A stretch of 64,000 nucleotides of DNA from Nannocystaceae bacterium ST9 (GTDB lineage Bacteria; Myxococcota_A; Polyangia; Nannocystales; Nannocystaceae), in NCBI GenBank assembly GCA_048320885.1, contig JBLWFJ010000001.1, forward strand, positions 1,605,642 through 1,669,641, read 5' to 3'. Positions 57,550-64,000 of this stretch are shown in pieces; the stretch's first letter is position 1, and the number at the start of each line of letters is the position of its first letter. The position numbers and the translations under genes were made by a program. Under the pieces are notes generated by a model. It did no database searches. It was not told the DNA's origin and saw only the letters and a list, made by a program, of their open reading frames with translations.

Positions 57550-58801
57550 AGCGCCCCGAGTAGACCTCGGGCTCGCCCGTCTCCCACGGCCGATACTCGT
57601 TGCAGAAATCGATCCGCTCGCCGAGCGGCGGATGGCTCGCTCGCCAGATCACGACCAGCCGACTCGGCCGTGGGTTGGCGAGGTTCGACTGCTGCAAGCG
57701 AGCGAACGCCTCCGCGCAGCCGCGGTTGTCGTGGGTTATCTCGAGCGCGAAGCGGTCGGCCTCGTGCTCTTGATGGCGCGACCAGGCGTTGGCGAGCGGC
57801 GCGATCGCGAGGTTGAAGAGCCCGACCAGGACCAGAAAGAGCGGCAGCGCGGCGACGTCGGCCAGGCTCTCGAACCCGAAGCGGGCGTGGAAGCGGCGGA
57901 TCAGCCGAGTCGCGATCACGTGAAAGCCCGCGAGCGTGGCCGGGATCGCCAGCGCCAGCGCGATCATCGAGTCGCGGACATGCCCGAGCACGTAATGCCC
58001 CATCTCGTGGCCCATCACGACCAGCAGCTGCTCGCGCGAGAGCGCGGCGATGATCGTGTCCCACAGCACGATCCGCTTGGTCGACGCGAACCCGGTCACG
58101 TAGGCGTTGACGGTGTTGGTGTCGACGCTCTTGTCGACCTCGAACACGCGGCTGCCTTCGATCCCGGCCCGCTCGGCGAGCGCGAGGATCTCGGCTTCGA
58201 GCGCCGGGTCCTGCATCGGTCCGAAGTCGTTGAACAGCGGGGCGATGAACACCGGCGCGAGCATCAGCAGCAAGAACGCGACCGGAATCGCGACCAGGCT
58301 GGTCCAGATCCACCAGCGGCTCGGGCTCTTGCGGATGAACGCGAGCGTGCCGGGCACGACCAGCAGCGCGAAGGCGGTCAGCAAGCCCAGGCCGATCAGC
58401 TCGTCGCCCAGCCACTTGCCCAGGCTCTGGGTCGAGAGCCCATAGTCGTGCGGGCGCAGATAGCCGGCGTAGCAAGCCAGCGGCAGATCGATGACGAAGG
58501 TCAGGCCGAGGTACGCCAGCAGATAGATCAGCGTCGCCCGCCAGCGCTTGGACCCGATCTCGATCGCCCAGTCGCGCAGCCGCGCCGAGAACCCGGTGAC
58601 CAGCAAGAGCGCGGGGATCAGCAGCGTCCAGGTCTGGTTGAGCAGCCACAGCAAGTTGCCGCTCCGGTAGTAGCGGAGCGCCTGCTCGCTGGGCGCGGGC
58701 ACCTCGACGCGATCGGGCGGACCCGCGAACGCCGGCACCACCAGCAAGAGCGCCAGCACGAACGCGACCACGAACGCGAGACGACGCCAGCTCGGCTTCA
58801 C
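57542..58801 (-). CDS. M48-family zinc metallopeptidase (Ste24/HtpX-like)
   Basis: HEMGHYVLGH zinc motif, multiple TM helices. GTG start chosen 33 bp downstream of the USP stop. Confidence 0.75.
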
Positions 58802-58833
58802 CTCGGCAATGTCCGCCCGGCGCTCCGGCGAGG

Positions 58834-59370
58834 TCAAGCCTCGGCGGCGGGCGGCACGACCAGCACCGGACAGGGCGCCTCGCGGATCACCCGATCGGCC
58901 GTGCTGCCGAGGAAGAAGCGCGAGACTCGGCTGCGCCCGCTCGCCGCCACGATGATCAGCTCGGCGTCGAAGGTCTTGGCTTCGGCGAGGATGGTCTCGA
59001 CCGCGATCCCGGGTCGGACCGCGAAGCTGCACTTCACGTGGCTGGCGAAGCGCGCCGTCAGCTGCTCGAGCGCGTCGATCGAGGCCTTGCGCGCGGCCTC
59101 GTGGATCTCCTCGACCGTGCCGGCCCCGAGCACCCCCAGGCCGCTGTTGTAGATCCGCGCCGACTCGTAGGTCGGCGTGGCGTGGACCAGGCGCAGCTCG
59201 CCGCCCTCGTCGATGATCCCCGCCGCCAGCTCGAGCGTCTTGATGCTCGCCGCCGCGACGCCGACCTTGCCGCCCTCGAGTTCGGCCTCGAAGCCCGAGT
59301 GGAGCGCCACGTCGGCCTCCTCGGTGAAGTCGATCGGGACCAGGATCCGCCGAAAGGGCGTCTTGCTCAT
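58834..59370 (-). CDS. Universal stress protein (UspA family)
   Basis: RILVPIDFTEEADVAL ... LIIVAASGRSRVSRFFLGSTADRVIREAPCPVLVV. Confidence 0.75.
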   Translation of the reverse strand: MSKTPFRRILVPIDFTEEADVALHSGFEAELEGGKVGVAAASIKTLELAAGIIDEGGELRLVHATPTYESARIYNSGLGVLGAGTVEEIHEAARKASIDALEQLTARFASHVKCSFAVRPGIAVETILAEAKTFDAELIIVAASGRSRVSRFFLGSTADRVIREAPCPVLVVPPAAEA

Positions 59371-59452
59371 GGCCGGCATGCTACCGCATTTGTCCAGCAA
59401 GCCAGTCCGGTCGTTTTTGCCGAGCCCCGCGATCCGCGATACAGAGCCCCGC

Positions 59453-60655
59453 ATGAGCAAGTCCGTCCGCAAGCTGCCTGGCCACGTGCGTGCACGCCTG
59501 CATCGCCAGCTGGCCCAGGGCTGGCAGCGGGCGGTGTTCGCCAGCCCACGCAGCGACGAGGGCTCGCGCGACGAGCAGGTGGTCGAAGGCCCGGGCCCGC
59601 TCGGCGACGAGGCGGCGTTCGAGCCCGCGTTCGCCGACCTGCTCGCCCGCGCCGAGCAGGCCGCCGGCGAGGGTCGGGTCAAGCAGACCTTCGTGATCGA
59701 CGAGCGCCGCCGGCTCGAGCTCGACGCTCGCCACGGCCAGATCAAGGCCCGCACGCTCGACGACGCGACCGTCGACAAGATCATGGGCGGCAAGCAACGC
59801 GTGCTGCGACCCGATCGCAGCGCCGCGCTCTTGCAGGCGATCGGCATCATGAACGCCGACGCGACCATCTCGGCCCGCAACGCCAAGAAGTACAAGCAGG
59901 TCAACCACCTCGTCGAGCTCTGCCGGCCGACCTGGGAGAAGATCGCCGCCGGCCGAACGATCGACGCCGCCCACCCGCTGCGGATCGTCGACCTCGCCTG
60001 CGGCAACAGCTACCTGGCCTTCGTGCTGCTCGAGGCCCTGCGGCTCGCCGAGCTGCCCGCCCGCCTGCTCGGCGTCGACCTGCGCGACGACGTGATCGCC
60101 AGCAGCCGCGAGCGAGCCGCCGCGATCGGCTTCGCCGAGCAGAGCGAGTTCGTGGCCAGCAAGCTCGAGGCCCTCGACGCCGAGCGGCTGCGAGCGAAGC
60201 TCGGTGGCCCCGTAGACCTCGCGCTGGCCCTGCACGCCTGCGACACCGCGACCGATGCCGCGCTCGCGCTGGCGATCGCCTCGGGGGCCGCGGCGATCCT
60301 CGCCGTGCCCTGCTGCCAAGCCGAGCTCGCGCGACAGCTCGCCGACTCCCCGACGCTCGCCGAGCTGCTGGTCCCGGCGATGGTCGAACATGGTCTGCTG
60401 CGACGGAGCCTCGGCGAGCTGCTCACCGACTCGCTGCGGATCGAGCTGCTCGAGGCGTGTGGGTACACCGTGACCGTGCTCGAGTTCGTCGACAGCGAGC
60501 ACACGCCGAAGAATCTGCTGATCCGCGGGCATCGCAAGCACTCCGGGAAGGTCGAGCCCGGGCGCTGGGGTATCGCTGCGGTCGGCGAGCGGTGCAAGCG
60601 ATTGGGGGTCGAGCCGGCGCTGCTTCGGCTGCTGCGGGCGATTCAGGCCGGCTGA
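59453..60655 (+). CDS. Class I SAM-dependent methyltransferase domain protein
   Basis: IVDLACGNSYLAFVL motif I. 400 aa. Start at ATG MSKSVRK. Confidence 0.7.
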   Translation: MSKSVRKLPGHVRARLHRQLAQGWQRAVFASPRSDEGSRDEQVVEGPGPLGDEAAFEPAFADLLARAEQAAGEGRVKQTFVIDERRRLELDARHGQIKARTLDDATVDKIMGGKQRVLRPDRSAALLQAIGIMNADATISARNAKKYKQVNHLVELCRPTWEKIAAGRTIDAAHPLRIVDLACGNSYLAFVLLEALRLAELPARLLGVDLRDDVIASSRERAAAIGFAEQSEFVASKLEALDAERLRAKLGGPVDLALALHACDTATDAALALAIASGAAAILAVPCCQAELARQLADSPTLAELLVPAMVEHGLLRRSLGELLTDSLRIELLEACGYTVTVLEFVDSEHTPKNLLIRGHRKHSGKVEPGRWGIAAVGERCKRLGVEPALLRLLRAIQAG

Positions 60656-60677
60656 GCTCGCGTCGGTTCAGAACATG

Positions 60678-60704
60678 GCGCAATCTCCCGCGGGAGATTC
60701 GACG
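60678..60704. repeat. Palindromic element copy GCGCAATCTCCCGCGGGAGATTCGACG
   Basis: Identical to the solo copy at 17781..17807. Confidence 0.7.
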
Positions 60705-60725
60705 CATCCTCGCCGCCAACGATCC

Positions 60726-60750
60726 ACAATCTCCCGCGGGGGACTATGGC
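60726..60750. repeat. Palindromic element copy CACAATCTCCCGCGGGGGACTATGG (degenerate)
   Basis: 48 bp downstream of the preceding copy, the same spacing as inside the intact HNH ORF. Confidence 0.6.
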
Positions 60751-60922
60751 TCCGACCAAGCCGACGCGCTGGTCGCGGTCGCGCGAGGCCATCTCGAACG
60801 CAAGCCGACCACGCGCGGGACCGGATTCGAGCTGCTCATGATGACCACGCCCGAGCAGCTCGCCCACTGCCCCGAGGGGATCGGTGGATTCCCGCGCGAA
60901 TCGATCGTCTCGCATGATCATG

Positions 60923-61641
60923 TCACCCCTGGCCCGCCCATCCACGCAACACGACGGTTTCGGACACGATCCCAGATCCATCGAATCCTTCCGAACAATC
61001 GGGTTCGGTCAAGACCGCCCCCATGACGTTCTTCGGGAGCCCACGAATGCCCGCCAAACCACATCGCGTGAACTTCGTATTCTCGAAGAACATGGCGTCG
61101 AAGTCCGCTCCTCGCAGATCACTGTCGGCGAAGTCCGCGCGCGCCGCGTTCGCCGAGCGAAACGAGCACTCGTGCAATCGGCACTTCGTGAAATCCGATC
61201 GTTTCAACTTCGCATTGTCGAATCGACAGTCGACGAAGATCGACTCGAAGAACATCGATTTCGTGAGATCAGCACGTGAGAAGTCGACTCGCTCGAAGGT
61301 CGAGCCACTCGCGCCCAAGCTCTGGAGGCCCGAACCTGCAAAGTTCGAGTCAATCACATCACACTGGTCCATGCGAGCATCCTGAAGGAAGCAGCGCTCG
61401 AATGCACAGCCATCGAATCGACAGCGACGAAATTTTCCATCATTGAATTCGACCCCGCGAAACACGATCGCTACAAACTCACAGCCGATGAACTCAGCGC
61501 CAATCAGATTTGTGTCGGCGAGGGTCGACTGACTAATCCTTCGATCTCGCAGCAAGAACTGAACACCATCGGGTTTCCCCATGACCCAACGCTGATGGGA
61601 TTCGAGCAGTGAGGTTCCGAAGAACTCTTGATCGACTGACA
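60923..61641 (-). CDS. Pentapeptide-repeat protein
   Basis: Repeats of A(D/N)LxxxxF-type pentapeptides (RADLTKSMFFESIFVDCRFDNAKLKRSDFTKCRLHECSF...). Start is uncertain: ATG near 61641 (MSVDQEFF), coupled to the upstream stop, or an upstream GTG at 61822. Low GC3. Confidence 0.6.
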
Positions 61642-61643
61642 TC

Positions 61644-62252
61644 TCAGCTGTGACCTGACTCGAATCGGACCGCCCCGGTCCGGCGCCAGCCGCGGCAGGG
61701 TGAAGACGCACCAACTTTCCATATGACCAGAACGTCGTCGTCTCGATGGTAGCGAAAGAATTGATCAGACGCTTCATGGTTCGCGCTCTTGTCGCCGAAC
61801 CGTGCGATGAACGTGGGATCACGCAAATCGGCCTGCCTCACCGCCTCGGTCTTCCAACCGGCCTTGAACGCCCAGCCCGCGGCGCTCCGCTCGACATGCA
61901 CGACGAAATCCCGGGCTGGAAATCCAAGAAATTCGCCGATGTCGTTCAATTTATAATTGTATGACGGATGAACATCCGCGCACGTCACATAAAATTCAGC
62001 TCCACATTTCTCGGTCTCCATATCCGGGGTGAGAGGTGCCAACCATCGCGGTTGTTGATGAACGATACCCCAAACAGCGACATCATGACCAATTCGTTCG
62101 ACATACCCAGCGAATTGCTCATGGAACGAGAGCCATACATCGAAGCACCGGCCCGCGGCCTGCAAAATCGTCTCGACCTTCCTGGTCGAGACTGCGGAGA
62201 ATCGCTCGAGCGTGGCGAGGTATTCGATGGCGGTCGGTGTCATGGGTATCAT
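61644..62252 (-). CDS. Immunity-like protein, paralog of 62776..63411
   Basis: Shares blocks with its paralog: FHEQFAGYV / FHERYAGYV, TCADVHPSYNYKL / ACADMHPSHDFRL, GEFLGFP / GKFLGGP. Low GC3. My coordinate read near its stop is off by about 1 nt. Confidence 0.55.
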   Translation of the reverse strand: MIPMTPTAIEYLATLERFSAVSTRKVETILQAAGRCFDVWLSFHEQFAGYVERIGHDVAVWGIVHQQPRWLAPLTPDMETEKCGAEFYVTCADVHPSYNYKLNDIGEFLGFPARDFVVHVERSAAGWAFKAGWKTEAVRQADLRDPTFIARFGDKSANHEASDQFFRYHRDDDVLVIWKVGASSPCRGWRRTGAVRFESGHS

Positions 62253-62259
62253 GGATCAG

Positions 62260-62769
62260 TCATGCGGTGGGAGCATTGTTTGCTGGATCCGGCATCTGCC
62301 AACCGTGAGGTCGTTCAACGAACTCCATGAGATCGATGTCGATGTCGATGACCCTCCAACCCTTGCGTCGGCGCCGTTGCTCGAGAAGGTGCCAGTCTCG
62401 GTGTGTTGGCATCATCCGAAACTCTTCGGTGCGCTCGCCCCTCGAACTCCACGCGATCCGAAAGACGCAAAAATCGCACTCCCAGTACGCATCGGACTTC
62501 GGCCTTCCGTCTTCATACCATTCCTTTGCCGGACCGTTGCGGAGGCCCTTGAAAAAGAAGACCTCCGACTTCAACCGACCGTCATGATACCATGATCGAA
62601 AGGGTCCATGTGGAGCCCCCCACGTGTATCCCGCAAGGCCGATCAAATGGCCAGTCTTCTCGTCGCGCTCGTAGGCCATCCCCGAAAAGGGTTGGCCATG
62701 ATGGAGCATATCACTCGAACCATCCTCGGCGGTATCGAGTTCATCAAAATCGATCTCGAGCATGGACAT
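62260..62769 (-). CDS. YwqK-family / MORN-repeat immunity (antitoxin) protein
   Basis: MORN-variant repeats (GPFRSWYHDGRLKSEVFFFKGLRNGPAKEWYEDGRPKSDAYWE). Clearly low GC3. Confidence 0.7.
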   Translation of the reverse strand: MSMLEIDFDELDTAEDGSSDMLHHGQPFSGMAYERDEKTGHLIGLAGYTWGAPHGPFRSWYHDGRLKSEVFFFKGLRNGPAKEWYEDGRPKSDAYWECDFCVFRIAWSSRGERTEEFRMMPTHRDWHLLEQRRRRKGWRVIDIDIDLMEFVERPHGWQMPDPANNAPTA

Positions 62770-62775
62770 CCTGGG

Positions 62776-63411
62776 TCACTCGCTCGCGTGGAGCCGAACC
62801 CACCCATCGCGCAGCTCCTGGTGCTCTCGGTCGTCGGCGATCAGGTAGGTCTCGTCCTTCAGATACGACGTGTACTCGTCCGACGCCGCGTCGATCCTCC
62901 GCATCGTCGACCTTCCGAGGATCTCGGCGCGCAACTCGGGATCGCGCCCCTTCACCATCACGACGTTCTCGACCGCATGGCCCTCGCAGAAACCCCAGAC
63001 CGCCGCGAGTTGCTCGATGAACACGTCGAAGGAGGTCGTGGGCCCGCCGAGGAATTTTCCGTCGTGGCGCAGCCGGAAGTCGTGCGAGGGGTGCATGTCG
63101 GCGCAGGCGATCGCCCACTTGCCCTCGCGCGACCAATCGAAGACCCGCGGCTGAAGTGGGTCGAGCCAGGTCGGATGCTCGTGAACGAGGCCGAGCACGC
63201 AGAGTTCGTCCAGCTCGAGCACGTATCCGGCGTAGCGCTCGTGGAAGTCTAGCCAAGCCGGAAACACGGGGTATCCGCGAGCGTGGAGCAGCCGCTCCAC
63301 TTCGGAGGTGGGGAGGAAGGAATCGCGACGCTGAAGCGCGAGCCAGTCGATTGCTGCCTTCGAGAGCATGTTCGCCTCCGATTCTACGACGAGCCCCCGC
63401 CCGGTGGCCAT
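62776..63411 (-). CDS. Immunity-like protein, paralog of 61644..62252
   Basis: See paralog. Overlaps the 3' end of the toxin ORF by about 28 bp. Confidence 0.55.
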   Translation of the reverse strand: MATGRGLVVESEANMLSKAAIDWLALQRRDSFLPTSEVERLLHARGYPVFPAWLDFHERYAGYVLELDELCVLGLVHEHPTWLDPLQPRVFDWSREGKWAIACADMHPSHDFRLRHDGKFLGGPTTSFDVFIEQLAAVWGFCEGHAVENVVMVKGRDPELRAEILGRSTMRRIDAASDEYTSYLKDETYLIADDREHQELRDGWVRLHASE

Positions 63412-64000
63412 GGCCGATCCCCAGGTTGCCAGTTCTTCGCGGCATCAGTTTGTTTCTGCCCGCGCATCTTGTGATCGAAGGTACCGGGCTCCGGATCGAA
63501 GGGAGCGTGCGCTCCATCCGTGCCGACCTCGCAGTTGCCGCAGCGCGGCGCGGGTTCTCCCGCGCGCATACGATCGGAGTCGCCTTCACGCCACATCGGT
63601 ACCACGGTCATTTCGGAGATATCTGCCTCCGTGGCTCCTGGACCTCGCTTGTGCAGCGCGTCGTTGAGCGCGTGGACTTCGCCGTGCGTCGATGGCCGCG
63701 ACGAGTGTCGCGGATTGTCTTTGTTCCAAGCCAGCCGAGGTTGGAGCGCGGGATGGGGCTTTCGGGGTGGTTGTTTTCCTGGGTCGTTGATCGCCCGGGA
63801 GACTTCTCCAGTACGACGATCGACGACGACGACGACGACCGGTCCACCTTGCTCTGCATTGACCTTTTGTGTTCGTCCGCCACCAATGTCGATTGGAGTC
63901 CCATTCTTGATCGCGTTATCGAGCGCCAATCGATATTTCTCAGCTTCTGCGAGCGCGAGACGCTGCGCGTCCTCTTGCGACATCAACTTGGGTTTGTCGG
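63384..64000 (-). CDS. C-terminal toxin domain of a polymorphic toxin, YwqJ-like nucleotide deaminase (partial; N-terminus beyond window)
   Basis: HGEVHALNDALHKRG (HxE zinc-binding helix) and PRCGNCE (PCxxC) are the deaminase signatures. The frame is open to the window edge. The YwqK-like immunity gene is downstream. Confidence 0.55.
   Translation of the reverse strand, partial: DKPKLMSQEDAQRLALAEAEKYRLALDNAIKNGTPIDIGGGRTQKVNAEQGGPVVVVVVDRRTGEVSRAINDPGKQPPRKPHPALQPRLAWNKDNPRHSSRPSTHGEVHALNDALHKRGPGATEADISEMTVVPMWREGDSDRMRAGEPAPRCGNCEVGTDGAHAPFDPEPGTFDHKMRGQKQTDAAKNWQPGDRPWPPGGGSS

Larger units (their letters stand above)
60678..60900 (+). pseudogene. Internal fragment of a second DUF222-HNH (REP13E12-like) gene copy
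   Basis: Translates to ANDPQSPAGDYGSDQADALVAVARGHLERKPTTRGTGFELLMMTTPEQLAHCPEGIGGFPRE, colinear with residues about 220-285 of the 42892..44265 ORF. Carries two palindrome copies (60678..60704 and 60726..60750). No start codon, N-terminus or HNH C-terminus. Confidence 0.65.

Noticed and set aside
58834-60006. 390-aa minus ORF and 59177..60655 plus ORF as full-length genes
   Set aside because: The real genes are the 178-aa UspA on the minus strand and the 400-aa methyltransferase from ATG 59453 on the plus strand. The remaining portions are S/R-rich out-of-context translation.

Overview
This is a very high-GC (about 70%) bacterial chromosomal segment. Its content resembles Myxococcota or another large-genome deltaproteobacterium: many lipoproteins, Ser/Thr kinases, ECF sigma factors, and DUF1592/DUF1552 gene pairs. 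GC3 codon bias is strong enough that real reading frames can be told from the many spurious antisense ORFs that a GC-rich genome produces.

Housekeeping and metabolic genes are: dnaJ, hemF, a tRNA-Sec (selC) gene, a complete group-3b-like [NiFe]-hydrogenase operon (cNMP-binding regulator, fused FeS/FAD beta-gamma subunit, small subunit, large subunit, maturation protease), two MFS transporters, a DASS transporter, a NarX/NarL-type two-component system, and M48 and archaemetzincin-like proteases.

Several patches have lower GC3 and look horizontally acquired. They carry candidate conflict systems:
(i) A 1634-aa single-polypeptide SIR2-CHAT-NB-ARC-TPR protein (STAND/NLR-like). This is the most striking feature.
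(ii) A split OLD-family-like pair, ABC-type ATPase plus small TOPRIM-like protein, with an overlapping stop/start. It resembles AbiL/PARIS.
(iii) A two-gene cassette of a DUF4365-like (PD-(D/E)xK-like) protein plus a 378-aa protein with no recognisable motifs, inserted between the hydrogenase operon and a hypA-like gene.
(iv) A polymorphic-toxin 3' locus at the right edge: a YwqJ-like deaminase C-terminus, a YwqK/MORN immunity protein, two paralogous immunity-like proteins and a pentapeptide-repeat protein.
(v) A DUF222-HNH (REP13E12-like) element, an internal fragment of a second copy, and a solo site. All carry an 18-bp perfect palindrome (AATCTCCCGCGGGAGATT), found five times in the window.

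Other notable genes are a bacterial cereblon-like CULT-domain protein and an ECF sigma factor divergent from a Ser/Thr kinase. All calls rest on reading motifs and codon bias by eye. No database searches were run.
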